Below, one piece after another: positions 44,790-59,900 of a DNA stretch of 64,000 nt (positions are counted from its first letter, which is position 1; each line of letters begins with the position of its first letter). Location of the stretch: assembly GCA_964016885.1 (NCBI GenBank), contig OZ024743.1, forward strand, positions 207,266,001-207,330,000, in the 5' to 3' direction. Made by a program: the position numbers and the translations under genes. The notes beneath the pieces were generated by a model. That model saw only the letters and a list, made by a program, of their open reading frames with translations. It ran no database searches and was not told where the DNA came from. This DNA is from Eledone cirrhosa (Eukaryota).

Positions 44790-47700
44790 ACTAATCTACC
44801 ACCTTGATCTATGTAAAGTATATTGTCCTACACTCTACCAGTACTACTAATCTCCCACCCTGATCTATACAAAGTATATTGTCCTACACTCTACCAGTAC
44901 TACTAATCTACCACCCTGATCTATGTAAAGTATATTGTCCTACACTCTACCAGTACTACCAATCTACCACCTTGATATATGTAAAGTATATTGTCCTACA
45001 CTCTACCAGTACTACTAATCTCCCACCCTGATCTATGTAACGTACATTGTCCTACACTCTACCAGTACTACTAATCTCCCACCCTGATCTATGTAAAGTA
45101 TATTGTCCTACACTCTACCAGTACTACTAATCTACCACCTTGATCTATGTAAATTATATTGTCCTACACTCTACCAGTGCTATTAATCTACCACCCTGAT
45201 CTATGTAAAGTATATTGTCCTACACTCTACCAGTACTACTAATCTACCACCTTGATCTATGTAAAGTATATTGTCCTACACTCTACCAGTACTACTAATC
45301 TACCACCTTGATCTATGTAAATTATATTGTCCTACACTCTACCAGTGCTACTAATCTACCAACCTGATCTATGTAAAGTATATTGTCCTACACTCTACCA
45401 GTGCTACTAATCTAGCAGCCTGATCTATGTAAAGTATATTGTCCTAAACTCTACCAGGACTACTAATCTACCACCTTGATCTATGTAAAGTATATTGTCC
45501 TACACTCTACCAGTACTACTAATCTACCACCCTGATCTATGTAAAGTATATTGTCCTACACTCTACCAGTACTACTAATCTACCACCCTGATCTATGTAA
45601 AGTATATTGTCCTACACTCTACCAGTGCTACTAATCTACCACCCTGATCTATGTAAAGTATATTGTCCTACACTCTACCAGTGCTACTAATCTAACACCT
45701 TGATCTATGTAAAGTATATTGTCCTTCACTCTACCAGTACTACGAATCTACCAGCTTGATCTATGTAAAGTTTATTGTCCTACACTCTACCAGTACTACT
45801 GATCTACCACCCTGATCTATGTAAAGTATATTATCCTACAATCTACCAGTGCTACTAATCTCCCACCCTGATCTATGTAATGTATATTATCCTTCACTCT
45901 ACCAGTACTACTAATCTACCACCTTAATCTATGTAAAGTATATTCTCCTACACTCTACCAGTGATACTATCTCCCACCTTGATCTATGTAAAGTATATTG
46001 TCCTACACTCTACCAGTACTACTAAACTACCACCCTGATCTATGTAAAGTATATTGTCCTACACTCTACCAGTGCTACTAATCTCCCACCTTGATCTAGG
46101 TAACGTATATTGTCCTACACTCTACCAGTACTACTAATCTACCATCCTGATCTATGTAAAGTATATTGTCCTACACTCTACCAGTGCTACTAATCTCCTA
46201 CCTTGGTCTATGTAAAGTATATTGTCCTACACTCTACCAGTACTACTAATCTACTACCTTGATCTATGTAAAGTATATTATCCTACACTCTACCAGTACT
46301 ACTAATCTACCACCCTGATCTATGTAAAGTATATTGTCCTACACTCTACCAGTACTACTAATCTACCACCCTGATCTATGTAAAGTATATTGTCCTACAC
46401 TCTACCAGTACTACTGATCTACCACCCTGATCTATGTAAAGTATATTATTCTACACTCTACCAGTACTACTAATCTCCCACCCTGATCTATGTAAAGTAT
46501 ATTATTCTACACTCTACCAGTACTACTAATCTACCACCCTGATCTATGTAAAGTATATTGTCCTACACTCTACCAGTACTACTAATCTCCCACCTTGATC
46601 TATGTAAAGAATATTGTCCTACACTCTACCAGTGCTAATAATCTCCCACCTTGATCTATGTAAAGTATATTGTCCTACACTCTACCAGTACAACTAATCT
46701 ACCAGCCTGATCTATGTAAAGTATATTGTCCTACACTCTACCAGTGCTACTAATCTCCCAACTTGATCTATGTAAAGTATATTGTCCTACACTCTACCAG
46801 TGCTACTAATCTACCACCCTGATCTATGTAAAGTATATTGTCCTACACTCTACCAGTGCTACTAATCTACCACCCTGATTTATGTAAAGTATATTCTCCT
46901 ACACTCTACCAGTGCTACTAATCTACCACCTTGATCTATGTAAAGTATATTGTACTACTAATCTACCACGTTGATCTATGTAAAGTATATTGTCCTACAC
47001 TCTACCAGTACTACTAATCTACCACCCTGATCTATGTAAAGTATATTGTCCTACACTCTACCAGTGCTACTAATCTCCCACCCTGATCTATGTAAAGTAT
47101 ATTGTCCTACACTCTACCAGTACTACTAATCTCCCACCTTGATCTATGTAAAGTATATTGTCCTACACTCTACCAGTGCTAATAATCTCCCACCTTGGTC
47201 TATGTAAAGTATATTGTCCTACACTCTACCAGTACTACTAATCTACCATCCTCATCTATGTAAAGTATATTGTCCTACACTCTACCAGTGCTACTAATCT
47301 ATCACCTTGATCTATGTAAAGTATATTGTCCTACACTCTACCAGTGCTACTAATCTACCACCCTGATCTATGTAAAGTATATTGTCCTACACTCTACCAG
47401 TGCTACTAATCTACCACCCTGATCTATGTAAAGTATATTGTCCTACACTCTACCAATACTACTAATCTACCACCCTGATCTATGTAAAGTATATTGTCCT
47501 ACACTCTACCAGTACTACTAATCTACCATCCTGATCTATGTAAAGTATATTGTCCTACACTCTACCAGTACTACTAATCTCCTACCTTGATCTATGTAAA
47601 GTATATTGTCCTACACTCTACCAGTACTACTAATCTTCCACCTTGATCTATGTAAAGTATATTGTCCTACACTCTACCAGTACTACTGATCTCCCACCTT

Positions 47701-50700
47701 GATCTATGTAAAGTATATTGTCCTACACTCTACCAGTACTACTAATCTACCACCCTGATCTATGTAAAGTATATTGTTCTACACTCTACCAGTACTACTA
47801 ATCTACCACCCTGATCTATGTAAAGTATATTGTCCTACACTCTACCAGTACTACTAATCTACCACCCTGATCTATACAAAGTATATTGTCCTACACTCTA
47901 CCAGTGCTACTAATCTCCCACCCTGATCTATGTAAAGTATATTGTCCTACACTCTACCAGTACTAGTAATCTCCCACCCTGATCTATGTAAAGTATATTG
48001 TCCTACACTCTACCAGTACTACTAATCTACCACCTTGATCTATGTAAAGTATATTGTCCTACACTCTACCAGTACTACTAATCTCCCACCCTGATCTATA
48101 CAAAGTATATTGTCCTACACTCTACCAGTACTACTAATCTACCACCCTGATCTATGTAAAGTATATTGTCCTACACTCTACCAGTACTACCAATCTACCA
48201 CCTTGATATATGTAAAGTATATTGTCCTACACTCTACCAGTACTACTAATCTCCCACCCTGATCTATGTAACGTACATTGTCCTACACTCTACCAGTACT
48301 ACTAATCTCCCACCCTGATCTATGTAAAGTATATTGTCCTACACTCTACCAGTACTACTAATCTACCACCTTGATCTATGTAAATTATATTGTCCTACAC
48401 TCTACCAGTGCTATTAATCTACCACCCTGATCTATGTAAAGTATATTGTCCTACACTCTACCAGTACTACTAATCTACCACCTTGATCTATGTAAAGTAT
48501 ATTGTCCTACACTCTACCAGTACTACTAATCTACCACCTTGATCTATGTAAATTATATTGTCCTACACTCTACCAGTGCTACTAATCTACCAACCTGATC
48601 TATGTAAAGTATATTGTCCTACACTCTACCAGTGCTACTAATCTAGCAGCCTGATCTATGTAAAGTATATTGTCCTAAACTCTACCAGGACTACTAATCT
48701 ACCACCCTGATCTATGTAAAGTATATTGTCCTCCACTCTACCAGTGCTACTAATCTACCACCCTGATCTATGTAAAGTATATTGTCCTACACTCTACCAG
48801 TGCTACTAATCTAACACCTTGATCTATGTAAAGTATATTGTCCTTCACTCTACCAGTACTACGAATCTACCACCTTGATCTATGTAAAGTTTATTGTCCT
48901 ACACTCTACCAGTACTACTGATCTACCACCCTGATCTATGTAAAGTATATTATCCTACAATCTACCAGTGCTACTAATCTCCCACCCTGATCTATGTAAT
49001 GTATATTATCCTTCACTCTACCAGTACTACTAATCTACCACCTTAATCTATGTAAAGTATATTCTCCTACACTCTACCAGTGATACTATCTCCCACCTTG
49101 ATCTATGTAAAGTATATTGTCCTACACTCTACCAGTACTACTAAACTACCACCCTGATCTATGTAAAGTATATTGTCCTACACTCTACCAGTGCTACTAA
49201 TCTCCCACCTTGATCTATGTAACGTATATTGTCCTACACTCTACCAGTACTACTAATCTACCATCCTGATCTATGTAAAGTATATTGTCCTACACTCTAC
49301 CAGTACTACTAATCTCCTACCTTGGTCTATGTAAAGTATATTGTCCTACACTCTACCAGTACTACTAATCTACTACCTTGATCTATGTAAAGTATATTAT
49401 CCTACACTCTACCAGTACTACTAATCTACCACCCTGATCTATGTAAAGTATATTGTCCTACACTCTACCAGTACTACTAATCTACCACCCTGATCTATGT
49501 AAAGTATATTGTCCTACACTCTACCAGTACTACTGATCTACCACCCTGATCTATGTAAAGTATATTATTCTACACTCTACCAGTACTACTAATCTCCCAC
49601 CCTGATCTATGTAAAGTATATTATTCTACACTCTACCAGTACTACTAATCTACCACCCTGATCTATGTAAAGTATATTGTCCTACACTCTACCAGTACTA
49701 CTAATCTCCCACCTTGATCTATGTAAAGAATATTGTCCTACACTCTACCAGTGCTAATAATCTCCCACCTTGATCTATGTAAAGTATATTGTCCTACACT
49801 CTACCAGTACAACTAATCTACCAGCCTGATCTATGTAAAGTATATTGTCCTACACTCTACCAGTGCTACTAATCTCCCAACTTGATCTATGTAAAGTATA
49901 TTGTCCTACACTCTACCAGTGCTACTAATCTACCACCCTGATCTATGTAAAGTATATTGTCCTACACTCTACCAGTGCTACTAATCTACCACCCTGATTT
50001 ATGTAAAGTATATTGTCCTACACTCTACCAGTGCTACTAATCTACCACCTTGATCTATGTAAAGTATATTGTACTACTAATCTACCACGTTGATCTATGT
50101 AAAGTATATTGTCCTACACTCTACCAGTACTACTAATCTACCACCCTGATCTATGTAAAGTATATTGTCCTACACTCTACCAGTGCTACTAATCTCCCAC
50201 CCTGATCTATGTAAAGTATATTGTCCTACACTCTACCAGTACTACTAATCTCCCACCTTGATCTATGTAAAGTATATTGTCCTACACTCTACCAGTGCTA
50301 ATAATCTCCCACCTTGGTCTATGTAAAGTATATTGTCCTACACTCTACCAGTACTACTAATCTACCATCCTCATCTATGTAAAGTATATTGTCCTACACT
50401 CTACCAGTGCTACTAATCTATCATCTTGATCTATGTAAAGTATATTGTCCTACACTCTACCAGTGCTACTAATCTACCACCCTGATCTATGTAAAGTATA
50501 TTGTCCTACACTCTACCAGTGCTACTAATCTACCACCCTGATCTATGTAAAGTATATTGTCCTACACTCTACCAATACTACTAATCTACCACCCTGATTC
50601 TATGTAAAGTATATTGTCCTACACTCTACCAGTACTACTAATCTACCATCCTGATCTATGTAAAGTATATTGTCCTACACTCTACCAGTACTACTAATCT

Positions 50701-51050
50701 CCTACCTTGATCTATGTAAAGTATATTGTCCTACACTCTACCAGTACTACTAATCTTCCACCTTGATCTATGTAAAGTATATTGTCCTACACTCTACCAG
50801 TACTACTGATCTCCCACCTTGATCTATGTAAAGTATATTGTCCTACACTCTACCAGTACTACTAATCTACCACCCTGATCTATGTAAAGTATATTGTCCT
50901 ACACTCTACCAGTACTACTAATCTACCACCCTGATCTATGTAAAGTATATTGTCCTACACTCTACCAGTACTACTAATCTACCACCCTGATCTATACAAA
51001 GTATATTGTCCTACACTCTACCAGTGCTACTAATCTCCCACCCTGATCTA
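44790..51050. repeat. ~3.1-3.2-kb period duplication in domain B
   Basis: CGTACATT 45041/48272 and CAGGACT 45455/48686 are offset 3231. The deletion monomer 46952/50071 is offset 3119, two monomers fewer. Boundaries are approximate. Confidence 0.8.
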
Positions 51051-54000
51051 TGTAAAGTATATTGTCCTACACTCTACAAGTACTACTAATCTACCACCCT
51101 GATCTATGTAAAGTATATTGTCCTACACTCTACCAGTACTACTAATCTACCACCCTGATCTATGTAAAGTATATTGTCCTAAACTCTACCAGTGCTACTA
51201 ATCTACCACCCTGATCTATATAAAGTATATTGTCCCAGACTCTACCAGTACTACTAATCTCCCACCCCGATCTATGTAAAGTATATTGTCCTACACTCTA
51301 CCAGTACTACTAATCTACCACCTTGGTCTATGTAAAGTATATTGTCCCAGACTCTACCAGTACTACTAATCTACCACCCTGATCTATACAAAGTATATTG
51401 ACCTACACTCTACCAGTGCTACTAATCTCCCACCCTGATCTATGTAAAGTATATTGTCCTACACTCTACCAGTACTACTAATCTCCCACCCCGATCTATG
51501 TAAAGTATATTGTCCTAAACTCTACCAGTGCTACTAATCTATCACTTTGATCTATGTAAAGTATATTGTCCTACACTCTACCAGTACTACTAATCTCCCA
51601 CCCTGATCTATACAAAGTATATTGTCCTACACTCTACCAGTACTACTAATCTCCCACCCTGATCTATACAAAGTATATTGTCCTATACTCTACCAGTACA
51701 ACTAATCTACCACCCTGATCTATGTAAAGTATATTGTCCTACACTCTACCAGTATTACTAATCTACCACCCTGATCTATGTAAAGTATATTGTCCTACAC
51801 TCTACCAGTACTACTAATCTCCCACCCTGATCTATGTAAGGTATATTGTCCTACACTCTACCAATAATACTAATCTACCACCTTGATCTATGTAAAGTAT
51901 ATTGTCCTACACTCTACCAGTACTACTAATCTACCACCTTGATCTATGTAAAGTATATTGTTCTACACTCTACCAGTACTACTAATCTACCACCTTGATC
52001 TATGTAAAGTATATTGTCCTACACTCTACCAGTACTACTAATTTACCACCCTGATCTATGTAAAGTATATTGTCCTACACTCTACCAGTACTACCAATCT
52101 ACCACCTTGATATATGTAAAGTATATTGTCCTACACTCTACCAGTACTACTAATCTCCCACCCTGATCTATGTAACGTACATTGTCCTACACTCTACCAG
52201 TACTACTAATCTCCCACCCTGATCTATGTAAAGTATATTGTCCTACACTCTACCAGTGCTACTAACCTACCACCTTGATCTATGTAAAGTATATTGTCCT
52301 ACACTCTACCAGTACTACTAATCTACCACCCTGATCTATGTAAAGTATATTGTCCTAAACTCTACCAGTACTACTAATCTACCACCTTGATCTATGTAAA
52401 TTATATTGTCCTACACTCTACCAGTGCTACTAATCTACCACCCTGATCTATGTAAAGTATATTGTCCTACACTCTACCAGTACTACTAATCTACCACCTT
52501 GATCTATGTAAAGTATATTGTCCTACACTCTACCAGTACTACTAATCTACCACCTTGATCTATGTAAATTATATTGTCCTACACTCTACCAGTGCTACTA
52601 ATCTACCAACCTGATCTATGTAAAGTATATTGTCCTACACTCTACCAGTGCTACTAATCTAGCAGCCTGATCTATGTAAAGTATATTGTCCTAAACTCTA
52701 CCAGGACTACTAATCTACCACCCTGATCTATGTAAAGTATATTGTCCTACACTCTACCAGTACTACTAATCTACCACCCTGATCTATGTAAAGTATATTG
52801 TCCTACACTCTACCAGTGCTATTAATCTAACACCTTGATCTATGTAAAGTATATTGTCCTACACTCTACCAGTACTACTGATCTACCACCCTGATCTATG
52901 TAAAGTATATTATTCTACACTCTACCAGTACTACTAATCTCCCACCCTGATCTATGTAAAGTATATTATCCTACACTCTACCAGTACTACTAATCTACCA
53001 CCCTGATCTATGTAAAGTATATTGTCCTACACTCTACCAGTGTTACTAATCTACCACCCTGATCTATGTAAAGTATATTGTCCTAAACTCTACCAGTGCT
53101 ACTAATCTATCACTTTGATCTATGTAAAGTATATTGTCCTACACTCTACCAGTACTACTAATCTCCCACCCTGATCTATACAAAGTATATTGTCCTACAC
53201 TCTACCAGTACTACTAATCTCCCACCCTGATCTATACAAAGTATATTGTCCTATACTCTACCAGTACAACTAATCTACCACCCTGATCTATGTAAAGTAT
53301 ATTGTCCTACACTCTACCAGTACTACTAATCTACCACCCTGATCTATGTAAAGTATATTGTCCTACACTCTACCAGTACTACTAATCTCCCACCCTGATG
53401 TATGTAAGGTATATTGTCCTACACTCTACCAATAATACTAATCTACCACCTTGATCTATGTAAAGTATATTGTCCTACACTCTACCAGTACTACTAATCT
53501 ACCACCTTGATCTATGTAAAGTATATTGTCCTACACTCTACCAGTACTACTAATCTCCCACCCTGATCTATACAAAGTATATTGTCCTACACTCTACCAG
53601 TACTACTAATCTACCACCCTGATCTATGTAAAGTATATTGTTCTACACTCTACCAGTACTACTAATCTACCACCCTGATCTATGTAAAGTATATTGTCCT
53701 AAACTCTACCAGTACTACTAATCTACCACCTTGATCTATGTAAAGTATATTGTCCTACACTCTACCAGTACTACTAATCTACCACCCTGATCTATGTAAA
53801 GTATATTGTCCTAAACTCTACCAGTACTACTAATCTACCACCTTGATCTATGTAAAGTATATTGTCCTATACTCTACCAGTACAACTAATCTACCACCCT
53901 GATCTATGTAAAGTATATTGTTCTACACTCTACCAGTACTACTAATCTACCACCTTGATCTATGTAAAGTATATTGTCCTACACTCTACCAGTACTACTA

Positions 54001-56948
54001 ATCTCCCACCCTGATCTATACAAAGTATATTGTCCTACACTCTACCAGTACTACTAATCTACCACCCTGATCTATGTAAAGTATATTGTCCTACACTCTA
54101 CCAGTACTACCAATCTACCACCTTGATATATGTAAAGTATATTGTCCTACACTCTACCAGTACTACTAATCTCCCACCCTGATCTATGTAACGTACATTG
54201 TCCTACACTCTACCAGTACTACTAATCTCCCACCCTGATCTATGTAAAGTATATTGTCCTACACTCTACCAGTGCTACTAACCTACCACCTTGATCTATG
54301 TAAAGTATATTGTCCTACACTCTACCAGTACTACTAATCTACCACCCTGATCTATGTAAAGTATATTGTCCTAAACTCTACCAGTACTACTAATCTACCA
54401 CCTTGATCTATGTAAATTATATTGTCCTACACTCTACCAGTGCTACTAATCTACCACCCTGATCTATGTAAAGTATATTGTCCTACACTCTACCAGTACT
54501 ACTAATCTACCACCTTGATCTATGTAAAGTATATTGTCCTACACTCTACCAGTACTACTAATCTACCACCTTGATCTATGTAAATTATATTGTCCTACAC
54601 TCTACCAGTGCTACTAATCTACCAACCTGATCTATGTAAAGTATATTGTCCTACACTCTACCAGTCCTACTAATCTAGCAGCCTGATCTATGTAAAGTAT
54701 ATTGTCCTAAACTCTACCAGGACTACTAATCTACCACCCTGATCTATGTAAAGTATATTGTCCTACACTCTACCAGTACTACTAATCTACCACCCTGATC
54801 TATGTAAAGTATATTGTCCTACACTCTACCAGTGCTACTAATCTACCACCCTGATCTATGTAAAGTATATTGTCCTACACTCTACCAGTGCTATTAATCT
54901 AACACCTTGATCGATGTAAAGTATATTGTCCTTCACTCTACCAGTACTACTAATCTACCACCTTGATCTATGTAAAGTTTATTGTCCTACACTCTACCAG
55001 TACTACTGATCTACCACCCTGATCTATGTAAAGTATATTATCCTACAATCTACCAGTGCTACTAATGTCCCACCCTGATCTATGTAAAGTATATTATCCT
55101 TCACTCTACCAGTACTACTAATCTACCACCTTAATCTATGTAAAGTATATTGTCCTACACTCTACCAGTGATACTATCTCCCACCTTGATCTATGTAAAG
55201 TATATTGTCCTACACTCTACCAGTACTACTAAACTACCACCCTGATCTATGTAAAGTATATTGTCCTACACTCTACCAGTGCTACTAATCTCCCACCTTG
55301 ATCTATGTAAAGTATATTGTCCTACACTTTACCAGTACTACTGATCTACCACCCTGATCTATGTAAAGTATATTATCCTACACTCTACCAGTACTACTAA
55401 TCTACCACCCTGATCTATGTAAAGTATATTGTCCTACACTCTACCAGTACTACTAATCTACCACCCTGATCTATGTAAAGTATATTGTCCTACACTCTAC
55501 CAGTACTACTGAACTACCACCCTGATCTATGTAAAGTATATTATTCTACACTCTACCAGTACTACTAATCTCCCACCCTGATCTATGTAAAGTATATTAT
55601 CCTACACTCTACCAGTACCACTAATCTACCACCCTGATCTATGTAAAGTATATTGTCCTACACTCTACCAGTACTACTAATCTCCCACCTTGATCTATGT
55701 AAAGAATATTGTCCTACACTCTACCTGTGCTAATAATCTCCCACCTTGATCTATGTAAAGTATATTGTCCTACACTCTACCAGTACAACTAATCTACCAG
55801 CCTGATCTATGTAAAGTATATTGTCCTACACTCTACCAGTGCTACTAATCTCCCACCTTGATCTATGTAAAGTATATTGTCCTACACTCTACCAGTGCTA
55901 CTAATCTACCACCCTGATCTATGTAAAGTATATTGTCCTACACTCTACCAGTGCTACTAATCTACCACCCTGATTTATGTACAGTATATTGTTCTACACT
56001 CTACCAATACTACTAATCTACCACCCTGATCTATGTAAAGTATATTGTCCTACACTCTACCAGTACAACTAATCTACCAGCCTGATCTATGTAAAGTATA
56101 TTGTCCTACACTCTACCAGTGCTACTAATCTCCCACCTTGATCTATGTAAAGTATATTGTCCTACACTCTACCAGTGCTACTAATCTACCACCCTGATCT
56201 ATGTAAAGTATATTGTCCTACACTCTACCAGTGCTACTAATCTACCACCCTGATTTATGTACAGTATATTGTTCTACACTCTACCAATACTACTAATCTA
56301 CCACCCTGATCTATGTAAAGTATATTGTCCTACACTCTACCAGTACTACTAATCTCCCACCCTGATCTATGTAAGGTATATTGTCCTACACTCTACCAAT
56401 AATACTAATCTACCACCTTGATCTATGTAAAGTATATTGTCCTACACTCTACCATTACTACTAATCTACCACCTTGATCTATGTAAAGTATATTGTTCTA
56501 CACTCTACCAGTACTACTAATCTACCACCTTGATCTATGTAAAGTATATTGTCCTACACTCTACCAGTACTACTAATCTCCCACCCTGATCTATACAAAG
56601 TATATTGTCCTACACTCTACCAGTACTACTAATCTCCCACCCTGATCTATGTAAAGTATATTGTCCTACACGCTACCAGTGCTACTAATCTACCACCCTG
56701 ATCTATGTAAAGTATATTGTCCTACACTCTACCAGTACTACCAATCTACCACCTTGATATATGTAAAGTATATTGTCCTACACTCTACCAGTACTACCAA
56801 TCTACCACCTTGATATATGTAAAGTATATTGTCCTACATTCTACCAGTACTACTAATCTCCCACCCTGATCTATGTAACGTACATTGTCCTACACTCTAC
56901 CAGTACTACTAATCTCCCACCCTGATCTATGTAAAGTATATTGTCCTA

Positions 56949-59900
56949 CACTCTACCAGTGCTACTAACCTACCACCTTGATCTATGTAAAGTATATTGT
57001 CCTACACTCTACCAGTACTACTAATCTACCACCCTGATCTATGTAATGTATATTGTCCTAAACTCTACCAGTACTACTAATCTACCACCTTGATCTATGT
57101 AAATTATATTGTCCTACACTCTACCAGTGCTACTAATCTACCACCCTGATCTATGTAAAGTATATTGTCCTACACTCTACCAGTACTACTAATCTACCAC
57201 CTTGATCTATGTAAAGTATATTGTCCTAAACTCTACCAGTACTACTAATCTACCACCTTGATCTATGTAAATTATATTGTCCTACACTCTACCAGTGCTA
57301 CTAATCTACCACCCTGATCTATGTAAAGTATATTGTCCTAAACTCTACCAGGACTACTAATCTACCACCCTGATCTATGTAAAGTATATTGTCCTACACT
57401 CTACCAGTACTACTAATCTACCACCCTGATCTATGTAAAGTATATTGTCCTACACTCTACCAGTGCTACTAATCTACCACCCTGATCTATGTAAAGTATA
57501 TTGTCCTACACTCTACCAGTGCTATTAATCTAACACCTTGATCTATGTAAAGTATATTGTCCTTCACTCTACCAGTACTACTAATCTACCACCTTGATCT
57601 ATGTAAAGTTTATTGTCCTACACTCTACCAGTACTACTGATCTACCACCCTGATCTATGTAAAGTATATTATCCTACAATCTACCAGTGCTACTAATCTC
57701 CCACCCTGATCTATGTAAAGTATATTATCCTTCACTCTACCAGTACTACTAATCTACCACCTTAATCTATGTAAAGAATATTGTCCTACACTCTACCAGT
57801 GATACTATCTCCCACCTTGATATATGTAAAGTATATTGTCCTACACTTTGCCAGTACTACTGATCTACCACCCTGATCTATGTAAAGTATATTATCCTAC
57901 ACTCTACCAGTACTACTAATCTACCACCCTGATCTATGTAAAGTATATTGTCCTACACTCTACCAGTACTACTAATCTACCACCCTGATCTATGTGAAGT
58001 ATATTGTCCTACACTCTACCAGTACTACTGATCTACCACCCTGATCTATGTAAAGTATATTATTCTACACTCTACCAGTACTACTAATCTCCCACCCTGA
58101 TCTATGTAAAGTATATTATCCTACACTCTACCAGTACTACTAATCTACCACCCTGATCTATGTAAAGTATATTGTCCTACACTCTACCAGTACTACTAAT
58201 CTCCCACCTTGATCTATGTAAAGAATATTGTCCTACACTATACCAGTGCTAATAATCTTCCACCTTGATCTATGTAAAGTATATTGTCCTACACTCTACC
58301 AGTACAACTAATCTACCAGCCTGATCTATGTAAAGTATATTGTCCTACACTCTACCAGTGCTACTAATCTCCCACCTTGATCTATGTAAAGTATATTGTC
58401 CTACACTCTACCAGTGCTACTAATCTACCACCCTGATCTATGTAAAGTATATTGTCCTACACTCTACCAGTGCTACTAATCTACCACCCTGATTTATGTA
58501 CAGTATATTGTTCTACACTCTACCAATACTACTAATCTACCACCCTGATCTATGTAAAGTATATTGTCCTACACTCTACCAGTGCTACTAATCTACCAGC
58601 TTGATCTATGTAAAGTATATTGTACTACTAATCTACCACGTTGATCTATGTAAAGTATATTGTCCTACACTCTACCAGTACTACTAATCTACCACCCTGA
58701 TCTATGTAAATTATATTGTCCTACACTCTACCAGTGCTACTATTCTCCCACCCTGATCTATGTAAAGTATATTGTCCTTCACTCTACCAGTACTACTAAT
58801 CTCCCACCTTGATCTATGTAAAGTATATTGTCCTACACTCTACCAGTGCTAATAATCTCCCACCTTGGTCTATGTAAAGTATATTGTCCTAGACTCTACC
58901 AGTACTACTAATCTACCATCCTCATCTATGTAAAGTATATTGTCCTACACTCTACCAGTGCTACTAATCTATCACCTTGATCTATGTAAAGTATATTGTC
59001 CTACACTCTACCAGTGCTACTAATCTACCACCCTGATCTATGTAAAGTATATTGTCCTACACTCTACCAGTACTACTAAACTACCACCCTGATCTATGTA
59101 AAGTATATTGTCCTACACTCTACCAGTGCTACTAATCTCCCACCTTGATCTATGTAAAGTATATTGTCCTACACTTTACCAGTACTACTGATCTACCACC
59201 CTGATCTATGTAAAGTATATTATCCTACACTCTACCAGTACTACTAATCTACCACCCTGATCTATGTAAAGTATATTGTCCTACACTCTACCAGTACTAC
59301 TAATCTACCACCCTGATCTATGTAAAGTATATTGTCCTACACTCTACCAGTACTACTGAACTACCACCCTGATCTATGTAAAGTATATTATTCTACACTC
59401 TACCAGTACTACTAATCTCCCACCCTGATCTATGTAAAGTATATTATCCTACACTCTACCAGTACTACTAATCTACCACCCTTATCTATGTAAAGTATAT
59501 TGTCCTACACTCTACCAGTACTACTAATCTACCACCCTGATCTATGTAAAGTATATTGTCCTACACTCTACCAGTACTACTGAACTACCACCCTGATCTA
59601 TGTAAAGTATATTATTCTACACTCTACCAGTACTACTAATCTCCCACCCTGATCTATGTAAAGTATATTATCCTACACTCTACCAGTACTACTAATCTAC
59701 CACCCTGATCTATGTAAAGTATATTGTCCTACACTCTACCAGTACTACTAATCTCCCACCTTGATCTATGTAAAGAATATTGTCCTACACTCTACCAGTG
59801 GTAATAATCTCCCACCTTGATCTATGTAAAGTATATTGTCCTACACTCTACCAGTGCTACTAACCTACCACCTTGATCTATGTAAAGTATATTGTCCTAC